Source: Mayamaea pseudoterrestris (taxonomy: Eukaryota). From it: a stretch of 64,000 nt of DNA. Of this stretch, positions 54,333 to 62,835 are shown in pieces; the first letter of the stretch is position 1, and every line of letters begins with the position of its first letter. The DNA lies in assembly GCA_027923505.1 (NCBI GenBank), contig BROI01000041.1, forward strand, positions 1 to 64,000, given 5' to 3'. A program made the translations under genes and the position numbers. Below the pieces are notes generated by a model that was given only the letters and a program-made list of their open reading frames with translations, was not told where the DNA came from and did no database searches.

Positions 54333-55659
54333 ATGACGCTTGTCCGTTTTCCAGGAGCTCTCAAAGAGTTTGGAGGCGCCTCGCCTGCTTTCCGTTTGCC
54401 GATCCAAACCTCAGCCTCGACTACTTGGTTGGGAGAGGAGATGCCCAAGCAGGAGGAGCGCGCGGAAGCCATGGCGTTTCAGATTGATGGTTGGAAGGAA
54501 GGACAGGCGGTCCTGACGAAGGAGGAAGTTTTCGCGTTGAACAAGAGGATGATCCTAGCTCGCGACCAACCCAACGACAAGCAGCTCTGGCTCGGCACAC
54601 CCGATCGCCTCCACCAGCTGAACGTCGAGGATATTGGCGGCATCTTGACGCTGTCGGTGTTCCAGAGCCAGTATCTCGGGACCCAGCCTGAGCAAGAAGA
54701 CCAGTTGGCGGCGCCAGAGCAGACGGTCATCATCTGCTCGGCTCGACCTTCAGGCACCAAGGATGGAAGCAAGTTCCTCCTCCATGACAACAGCAACCAG
54801 CCCAATATCGGGGATACGCAGCAGCAGTCGGATAATCGCTACATGCCAAGTGGTTTCGCCATTCCGAAAGCAGTCAATCCAATCTTGGCCATAGCCTCGT
54901 GTCAGACGAGGGCCACAAGCGACGCCAAAATGGAGGACTGGTACAATGCCATTCGAGCGGACCACATCCTTTTCCCAAGAGGCGATGAGTTACTGCAGCC
55001 AGTCGTGTTGGTTTTTCATTCCGAGGCTGCGCGACACGCCAGATGCAGCAGGCTTGGCGGGTCCAGGGACTTTGACAGCAATGTAGGGAAACTTGTCACC
55101 AGCTCAGCCCGCAGACGCCGTGACATTCAAACCCCCTACAGCAAGCCCTGTATGCCCCAAATACACCAGAATGAGGCCAACATCCTTATGCAGACTGCGC
55201 TACAAGATGGTAGGCTTGGCTGGTGTCTCAGGGGATGGCAATGTATTTGGACAACTTGCACCAGTCTCAGCACGCGATGCCTTGACATTCACACGCCTAC
55301 AGCAAGCCACTAGGCCGCCCAGAAATACACCAAATGGTGCCAACATCATTATGTCAGGCTGCGCGACAAGATGGAAGCTTGGACTGGGACTCTCGACATT
55401 TGACAACTTGTCAATCAGCCCAGCCTGGACACCAGTCGGTAACCCCCACACATGGCAAGGCCAGTATGGACAAATGCGCACCAATGCGACATTTCGACAG
55501 GTCGCCAGAAATCGCACGTTTCCACACTTCAAAAGTTGCCGACATGTGGTATCTCCCAGCCCTGATTAATATTAAAACCAACACCTGGGTCAAGCACTTC
55601 GAAATCCAATTTCAGAGAACAGATTTACCAACTTGGTTGGACGAATACGCTCGCGTGGA
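54333..55659 (+). other. unidentified ORF-bearing island (non-satellite from ~54040), interrupted by SatA-like sequence (~55020-55430) and truncated by the copia insertion
   Basis: ATG at 54333 opens ~230 codons of protein-like sequence (MTLVRFPGALKEFG...EDWYNAIRADHILFP). A further open frame at 55430-55659 runs into the LTR. No family recognised. Confidence 0.4.
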
Positions 55660-56054
55660 TGACAAGTCGCAGAGCGGCGAAGTCAAGAGCCCGAACCCTA
55701 ATTAGCTTGTGTCGAGTCCGCAGCTGTCGTATGTGACATGTGAATGAAGAAAGTGCGCAACCGTCGTGTGGATGCGTTGTATGAATGGAACGACCAGTTA
55801 CGACTGATGTAATGTGATTGAAAGAAACGGATTGATCGGATGATCTTCCGAGTGGTCGATGTAGCGATGTAGCGATAAGCTCACAATATAGAACTACTAG
55901 TTTGCGACGAGAGTGCAGTCGTATTCGTGTAGTGGCGAGCGCAAGACTATTCGACGAGCCATCTCCATCAAGAGCTGTACAGACCGTGGCCAAGGACCCT
56001 GTATCGGAGCTTTTTGGAGGTAAGACGTTGACTGCGAAATCGTCAACGGTGTTA
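55660..56054 (+). repeat. 5' LTR, family 2 copy 2 (395 bp)
   Basis: TGACAAGTCGC...CGGTGTTA; matches the other four LTR copies. Confidence 0.95.
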
Positions 56055-56151
56055 GATTAACATTTCAGTGCTTTGAGAGCGAGAACGAGCGAGGGAGCTA
56101 TCGTGACACATTCGTCTGCAGCGAGTCCGATTCCTCTGATCAACCTCCACC

Positions 56152-59100
56152 ATGACGACGATTGATGTAACGACCTACAAGCGTGCCGTCGGTAAAGTCT
56201 TCGATATTCCGTGGCTCGCAGCGTCCGCAGCTTGGGATCCAAACGACCCTACCGCAGTGTGTTTCGAGCAAGAGGAACTCACGACTGCGGAGGCGATGGC
56301 CGAACTGTCGGAACAAGACGTGACGAACATTAAGACCCAGTACCAGTGGTCGACGATACGAACAAGCCGATTGCGCAAGCTCATGAGTTGGATTCACGAG
56401 CAACGTCGGACGACTGCGCAATGGCAAGACTTGGAGAAAGACCAGATTACGAGCCGAGACCTCCCAGTAGCGCCGGGGTCACCGACAGCAGGCAACCGCA
56501 GTTTCGGAGACTTCAGCGTTATCGGAGGCAACGACACCACGACGAAACGACACGACATCAAGCTGGATCTGAAGACCATGCTGGAGCTCAAGAACGATCG
56601 CAAGTTCTGCTCCTACTGGCGGGCCTTCAAGAACCGCATGCGAAGCGAGCGACTTGGCTACTTTTGGGACGACGAGTTCAAGGCACCAGCCGCACTCGAC
56701 CCCGAATTCGCCGAGTATAAGTATCAGTGTTCGAAGCTTTTAGCGGCGCTCGAGTATACCTGCAAGACACCGCAGAGCAAGCTCATTGTCCGCAAGCACA
56801 TCGACAGCGCGAATGCCTCAGCGTGCATTGCAGAGTTGGAGGCGACATTCCTCGACGGGATGGCGCGCAAGTTGGATCTACGTTCGGCCGAAGACGAATG
56901 GCGCAATTTCACTCTCGACGCGAGTTACGCCAAGTCTCTCGTCAATTGGCTTATCCAGTGGTCCAGCAAGGAAGAGAACTACAATGACTACGCCGAGGAA
57001 ACCGAGCTACTTACAGCAAGCACGAAGCGTCAGATTTTGGAGCGCGCGGTTTTCCGCCATGCGGATATGGCATCGGCGGTGAACATGGCGCTGATCGAAG
57101 AGTCCAAGACCGGCAACCCGATGACGTACACCCAGTTTTGGAACCTCCTGAACGACGTCGCACGTCAATCTGACAATCGTCGTGGCATCAAGGAGACCGA
57201 GAAGCGTCAGGCGAACCAATCTGAGCAGACCAAGAAAGAGAAGGAGAAGACGAAGAAGGCAAGCGCGAACAATTCCCAGTCTACGCCAAGTAGCAGCAAC
57301 AATCAGCAATCCAATCAGGGGGGCGGTGGTCGCGGCGACTTGAGCACGGGACGAGGCGGCGGCGGCCGCGGTCGGGGAGATACTCGTTCGTATGTTCGCA
57401 GCTATGCCGACACGAAGACGATCGAAATTCCCAGCGACGTGAATGCGACGATTCCACCAAACACGTGGCGACTCCTTACCCGCGATCAGCAACACGAAGT
57501 GTTTGAACGCCGTGGTACGAGTCGAGCGGCCAGTGCTGCAGGTGGTTCGACATCAGCAACACAGGCAGGCACCACGCAGACGACGAGTACAACACGCAAC
57601 GCAAACGTCGCAGCCACTTCATCAGCGGCAACGACGGCGAGTGCGGCGACCGAACGTGTGAACAACACCAGCCGTGGCTCAGCGATGCGAAGTTTCTTAG
57701 GTCCAGACCAGCCCACGACTACGACTCGGGGAGCGAATATCGCTCAGAGTCGCAAGTACAAAGTCGCGAGCATTGACTTGGATAAGCATTCAGCGTCGAC
57801 TGTCGATCGCGGCGCGAGTGGCGGAGTATGGGGAGCGGACGGCCGCATCCTTACCGAGGACAAGTTCCACAAGATTGAAGTCACTGGAGTCGGTGGTCTC
57901 AAACTTCCGGACCTGTCTACCGTCACAGCAGTCGCCAAGCTTAAGAGCACCAAGGGTTGGGTCGTCGGCGAGTTCCATAATTACGCATATTCTGGAACCG
58001 GCAAGACGATTCATTCGAGTATGCAGATGGAAGCCTTCGGACTTCATGTCAACGATAAGCATTACAACTTTGGTGGCAAGTTACGAATCGAAACGCCAGA
58101 TGGATACAAGTTTATGCTCGGAATGGAAAGTGGCATGGCGACCTTGCCAATGTTTCCAGTGTCGGCGCATGAGCTTCACACCTTACCTCGGGTCATGATG
58201 ACCTTCGATGGGCCTTGGGATCCGAACGAGTTTGACGTCGAGCCGACCGAGGACGACGACTATGACTCTTCGGATGACGATGACGACGAGGACGACGTAC
58301 CGGACTTGTTGTCGCGCGACGAAGACGACGAAGACAGTGACGACGAAGAGGGCTTCACGCGCGTGACACGCTCGCGTACGCGGAATCGCACCCATCGTCA
58401 AAGCAACGTGACGTATACGAATCTCGGACACGACAATCAACCTGTTTACACCGAGAAGGAGCTGAATGTTTGTGCCGTCGTACAGAAGTACAATGCGGAT
58501 CTCGTCTATCAGCCCTACAAGTCTATCCTGCCAAAGAAACCCGATATCGACGCATTGCTGCCGAACTTTGCATGGTACCCGGCGCAGACGATCAAGGATA
58601 CTTTGCGCCACAGCACGCAGTTCAACATGCACGAGCGCCGATACCCCCCACGAATGCATCGAAAGAGCCGATTCCTGAACGTCTACCGTCTAGATGATCG
58701 AGTGGCCCATGACACCATGTTCTTCGACGAACCTGCCATGGATGACCATATCGACGGACATGCAGGGTGCACATGCGTGCAGCTATTCTATGGTTGTCGC
58801 AGTCAGATCATTGTCGTGTATCCCATGCGGACGAAAGGTGACGTACCGAAACGATTCCGTGATTTCATCCGCGAGTTTGGAGCTCCGTTGGAAGTCTTCT
58901 CGGATAATGCGAAAGAAGCGATGAGTGCCGAGTTTGACGAAGTAATGCGCGAGTTCATGATTCGCCGTCGTCATACATCGGAGCCGTACTATCAGAATCA
59001 AAATCCAGCCGAGCGCATCATCGGGCACGTAAAGGAAAGTCATGAACGACTTATGGACCGAACGGGCACTCCGGCATGCTTCTGGCTACGCGCTTTACTC

Positions 59101-62013
59101 TTTCAGACCGAGATGTACCGTCATTTGTCGCATCCTGCCTTGGACGGCAAGTCTCCCATCGAGTTTATCACTGGGCAAGTCCCCGACGTGTCGAAGTATT
59201 TGCATTTTCGTTGGTTTGAAATTGTCAACTACTTTGTCAAGGATGTCGAGGCCCCGAAGACCCGCCAGCGCGCGGCGTACTGGCTTGGTCCCAACACGAC
59301 GTGCGGAGACGACCTGACGTACTTCATCTGCGATTGCGAGACACACGAGATCATGACGCGATCGGTTTGCTTACCCCGAAACGACCCAAAATTTTTGAAC
59401 CTTCGCGTACCGGCACCTGCTTCCCCAGTCATGAAAGAAGGGGAGCCGCGTCTCTATACCGTACCTGGTCTAGGTGGCGAGATCCTTATGCCGGAAATGA
59501 TCAAGAAGATTACCGACGCCGACAGCAGAGACGATGATTCTTTCATTCCTGACGAAGACGATACCCCTTTGGTCGAGACGGTGGAATACCCGGAAGATGA
59601 CGATATGACCGACGGGGAGCTAGATCCTAATCCTGCCGATGACGACGACGACAAGCCGAAGAAGAAGAACATCAATCCGTGGCGCAAACTCCCGAAGTAT
59701 GCACCCGATGAACTTATCGGCAAGTCGTTTCTCATGAAGACGGACGACGGGCAAGAAGTTCGAGCGACCGTCATGAGCAAGCTGAACAACCGCGACGCCC
59801 AGAACCATCAAAACATTAAAATGATGCTGAAACTTGGTAACGGCGAAGCGGATGAAGTCATGTCCTATGTCGAGGTTTCCGATCTCTACGAGGCCGAAGT
59901 GAACCAAGACATGGCGAATCCTGAGCGTAAATGGTTCTTCAAGGAGATTCTAGACCATCAGGGTCCGCTGACGAGCAAGTCGAAGAACTGGAAGCACTCC
60001 AAGTGGAACGTCCTTGTACAATGGGACGATGGATCCAAGACTTGGGAGCCTCTCAACGCGATGATCGAAAGCGACAAAGTATCAGTGGCAGCCTACGCGC
60101 AAAAGCATAATCTTCTCGACAAGGACGGATGGGCATCGTTGAATCGATGGGCCCGGAACGCCAAGAAGGTTGCGCGCAAGGTGGCGACCGCCCGAATGGA
60201 GCAGCAGAAGAACGGACCGCGCTACAAGTTTGGAGTCCAAGTACCCCGAGATTGGAAGGAAGCGCGGCGTTTGCAGGAAGCTGCAGGGCACACGAAGTGG
60301 ACGGATGCGGAAGGCGTGGAGCTTGCGAACCTGGACGAGTACGAGACGTTTCAAGATCTTGGTCCGAGTTCCACCACAACACCACCAACTGGTTACCAGA
60401 AGATCCGAGTCCATTTTGTGTACGATGTCAAGCACGATTTGCGATACAAGGCACGTCTCGTTGCAGGCGGCCACATGACGAAAGACAACGACGATGCCTA
60501 CTCCAGTGTTATCTCATTGAAGGCAATGCGTCTAGCTCTCGTCATTGGAGAAGCGAACGGCAAGAAGTGCATGGTCGGTGACATTGGGAATGCTTATCTC
60601 GAAGCGTTCACCAAGGAGAAGGTATACTTCGTTGGAGGCCCCGAGTTCGGGGAGCGCGAAGGACACATCCTGGTCATCGTCAAGGCTTTGTACGGATTGC
60701 GAACGAGCGGAGCACGATTTCACGAACGCTTAGCCGACGCCCTACTTGCGGAAGGGTGGAAGCCGTCCTATTGCGATTCCGATCTGTGGATCAAGGACGC
60801 CGGCGACAGCTACGACTACCTCTGTGTATGGGTCGACGATCTGTTGAATATTTCAGACGATCCAGCAGCGTTCTTCAAGATGCTAGAGGAGAAGTACAAG
60901 TTTAAGCTCAAAGGTGTTGGACATCCCGAGTATCATCTCGGCGGTGACTTTGGACGAGACCCTGACGGAACTCTTTACTGGTCGGCCAAGACCTACGTTG
61001 CGAAACTCTTGGCGCAGTACGAGCGTTTGTTTGAAGGTCCTCCGAAGAAGTATTCATCACCAATCGACAAAGACGATCATCCAGAACTTGACCAAAGCGA
61101 GCTACTGAACGACCAAGAGAAGAAGATTTACCAGTCTCTAGTCGGAGCACTTCAGTGGGCGATTACTTTGGGACGATTTGACATTGCCGTTGCAGTTGTG
61201 AGTCTGTCGCGATTCCGTGTGGAGCCGCGCAAGGGACACCTGCAGCGGGTGAAGCGAGTCTGTGGATATTTGCGAGAGTTACCGGACGCAGCAATCCGTT
61301 TCCGTACGAAGTGGCCAGCCAACGAGGAGCACTTCGGCACCATGGAGGAACAAGATTGGGAGCGCAGCGTTTACGAGAAGGACGGAGTTGATGAGATGTT
61401 GGACGTCTACCCACCGCCAAAGGGTGTGACTGTACGAACATCAACTTTCGAGGATGCGTGTCTCATGCATTGCATGGTGACAGGCAAGTCATTGGAAGGA
61501 GTTTTGTCATTTGTCAACCAGACGCCTGTCGACTGGCATTGCAAACTCCAGGCTACAGTCGAGACTGCGACCTTCGGATCGGAATTCGGCGTAGCAAAGA
61601 GTGGAACGGATATCAGCATTTCTCTACGCGCGTCGCTCATGGCTATGGGCGTACCATTGGAGAAGTCTGCCTGGATGTACGGAGACAACCAAGCAGTGAT
61701 TACGCAATCTACAATCCCGAGTTCGACATTGTCCAAGCGACACAATGCGTTGGCCTACCATCGTGTTCGTTGGGCAGTTGCTGCGGGAATTATCAAGTTT
61801 GTGAAGATTGACGGAAAGGAGAACATTGCGGACGTACTGACGAAGTACCTGCCGTACTGTGATGCGATGCCATTGCTCAAGCCAGTATTGTTTTGGCGCG
61901 GCGATACATCGTATGCGATTGTGAAGGACAAGAATGCGGCTACGACGAGCAGCGTACCCGAGGGGAGTGACAAGTCGCAGAGCGGCGAAGTCAAGAGCCC
62001 GAACCCTAATTAG
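56152..62013 (+). CDS. Gag-Pol polyprotein (gag, protease, integrase, chromodomain-like module, RT, RNase H), 1953 aa
   Basis: Uninterrupted ORF. PR: VDRGASGG. IN: D(AHDTMFF)-D(SDNAKE)-E(NPAERII). RT: YKARLVAGGH, DIGNAYLEA, KALYGLRTSG, WVDDLL. RH: TATFGSEF, GDNQAV, ENIADVLTK. IN precedes RT, the copia order. The stop codon lies 46 nt inside the 3' LTR. Confidence 0.97.
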   Translation: MTTIDVTTYKRAVGKVFDIPWLAASAAWDPNDPTAVCFEQEELTTAEAMAELSEQDVTNIKTQYQWSTIRTSRLRKLMSWIHEQRRTTAQWQDLEKDQITSRDLPVAPGSPTAGNRSFGDFSVIGGNDTTTKRHDIKLDLKTMLELKNDRKFCSYWRAFKNRMRSERLGYFWDDEFKAPAALDPEFAEYKYQCSKLLAALEYTCKTPQSKLIVRKHIDSANASACIAELEATFLDGMARKLDLRSAEDEWRNFTLDASYAKSLVNWLIQWSSKEENYNDYAEETELLTASTKRQILERAVFRHADMASAVNMALIEESKTGNPMTYTQFWNLLNDVARQSDNRRGIKETEKRQANQSEQTKKEKEKTKKASANNSQSTPSSSNNQQSNQGGGGRGDLSTGRGGGGRGRGDTRSYVRSYADTKTIEIPSDVNATIPPNTWRLLTRDQQHEVFERRGTSRAASAAGGSTSATQAGTTQTTSTTRNANVAATSSAATTASAATERVNNTSRGSAMRSFLGPDQPTTTTRGANIAQSRKYKVASIDLDKHSASTVDRGASGGVWGADGRILTEDKFHKIEVTGVGGLKLPDLSTVTAVAKLKSTKGWVVGEFHNYAYSGTGKTIHSSMQMEAFGLHVNDKHYNFGGKLRIETPDGYKFMLGMESGMATLPMFPVSAHELHTLPRVMMTFDGPWDPNEFDVEPTEDDDYDSSDDDDDEDDVPDLLSRDEDDEDSDDEEGFTRVTRSRTRNRTHRQSNVTYTNLGHDNQPVYTEKELNVCAVVQKYNADLVYQPYKSILPKKPDIDALLPNFAWYPAQTIKDTLRHSTQFNMHERRYPPRMHRKSRFLNVYRLDDRVAHDTMFFDEPAMDDHIDGHAGCTCVQLFYGCRSQIIVVYPMRTKGDVPKRFRDFIREFGAPLEVFSDNAKEAMSAEFDEVMREFMIRRRHTSEPYYQNQNPAERIIGHVKESHERLMDRTGTPACFWLRALLFQTEMYRHLSHPALDGKSPIEFITGQVPDVSKYLHFRWFEIVNYFVKDVEAPKTRQRAAYWLGPNTTCGDDLTYFICDCETHEIMTRSVCLPRNDPKFLNLRVPAPASPVMKEGEPRLYTVPGLGGEILMPEMIKKITDADSRDDDSFIPDEDDTPLVETVEYPEDDDMTDGELDPNPADDDDDKPKKKNINPWRKLPKYAPDELIGKSFLMKTDDGQEVRATVMSKLNNRDAQNHQNIKMMLKLGNGEADEVMSYVEVSDLYEAEVNQDMANPERKWFFKEILDHQGPLTSKSKNWKHSKWNVLVQWDDGSKTWEPLNAMIESDKVSVAAYAQKHNLLDKDGWASLNRWARNAKKVARKVATARMEQQKNGPRYKFGVQVPRDWKEARRLQEAAGHTKWTDAEGVELANLDEYETFQDLGPSSTTTPPTGYQKIRVHFVYDVKHDLRYKARLVAGGHMTKDNDDAYSSVISLKAMRLALVIGEANGKKCMVGDIGNAYLEAFTKEKVYFVGGPEFGEREGHILVIVKALYGLRTSGARFHERLADALLAEGWKPSYCDSDLWIKDAGDSYDYLCVWVDDLLNISDDPAAFFKMLEEKYKFKLKGVGHPEYHLGGDFGRDPDGTLYWSAKTYVAKLLAQYERLFEGPPKKYSSPIDKDDHPELDQSELLNDQEKKIYQSLVGALQWAITLGRFDIAVAVVSLSRFRVEPRKGHLQRVKRVCGYLRELPDAAIRFRTKWPANEEHFGTMEEQDWERSVYEKDGVDEMLDVYPPPKGVTVRTSTFEDACLMHCMVTGKSLEGVLSFVNQTPVDWHCKLQATVETATFGSEFGVAKSGTDISISLRASLMAMGVPLEKSAWMYGDNQAVITQSTIPSSTLSKRHNALAYHRVRWAVAAGIIKFVKIDGKENIADVLTKYLPYCDAMPLLKPVLFWRGDTSYAIVKDKNAATTSSVPEGSDKSQSGEVKSPNPN
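61960..61967 (+). promoter_or_regulatory. polypurine tract GAGGGGAG
   Basis: Immediately precedes the TG of the 3' LTR. Confidence 0.8.
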
Positions 62014-62343
62014 CTTGTGTCGAGTCCGCAGCTGTCGTATGTGACATGTGAATGAAGAAAGTGCGCAACCGTCGTGTGGATGCGTTGTATGAATGGAACG
62101 ACCAGTTACGACTGATGTAATGTGATTGAAAGAAACGGATTGATCGGATGATCTTCCGAGTGGTCGATGTAGCGATGTAGCGATAAGCTCACAATATAGA
62201 ACTACTAGTTTGCGACGAGAGTGCAGTCGTATTCGTGTAGTGGCGAGCGCAAGACTATTCGACGAGCCATCTCCATCAAGAGCTGTACAGACCGTGGCCA
62301 AGGACCCTGTATCGGAGCTTTTTGGAGGTAAGACGTTGACTGC
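61968..62343 (+). repeat. 3' LTR of copy 2, lacking its last 19 bp
   Basis: Matches the LTR up to ...GTTGACTGC, after which a new TGACAAG begins. Confidence 0.93.
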
Positions 62344-62738
62344 TGACAAGTCGCAGAGCGGCGAAGTCAAGAGCCCGAACCCTAATTAGCTTGTGTCGAG
62401 TCCGCAGCTGTCGTATGTGACATGTGAATGAAGAAAGTGCGCAACCGTCGTGTGGATGCGTTGTATGAATGGAACGACCAGTTACGACTGATGTAATGTG
62501 ATTGAAAGAAACGGATTGATCGGATGATCTTCCGAGTGGTCGATGTAGCGATGTAGCGATAAGCTCACAATATAGAACTACTAGTTTGCGACGAGAGTGC
62601 AGTCGTATTCGTGTAGTGGCGAGCGCAAGACTATTCGACGAGCCATCTCCATCAAGAGCTGTACAGACCGTGGCCAAGGACCCTGTATCGGAGCTTTTTG
62701 GAGGTAAGACGTTGACTGCGAAATCGTCAACGGTGTTA
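62344..62738 (+). repeat. 5' LTR, family 2 copy 3 (395 bp)
   Basis: TGACAAG...CGGTGTTA. Confidence 0.95.
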
Positions 62739-62835
62739 GATTAACATTTCAGTGCTTTGAGAGCGAGAACGAGCGAGGGAGCTATCGTGACACATTCGTC
62801 TGCAGCGAGTCCGATTCCTCTGATCAACCTCCACC

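Larger units (their letters stand above)
55660..62343 (+). mobile_element. Ty1/copia LTR retrotransposon, family 2, copy 2 (intact ORF; 3' LTR interrupted by copy 3)
   Basis: 5' LTR at 55660-56054, a single 1953-aa ORF, a PPT, and a 3' LTR starting at 61968. Confidence 0.98.

Noticed and set aside
54057..55313. 418-aa ORF as a single real gene
   Set aside because: The N-terminal ~90 codons are low-complexity leader and the C-terminal ~100 codons are translated SatA-like sequence. Only the middle is plausible.
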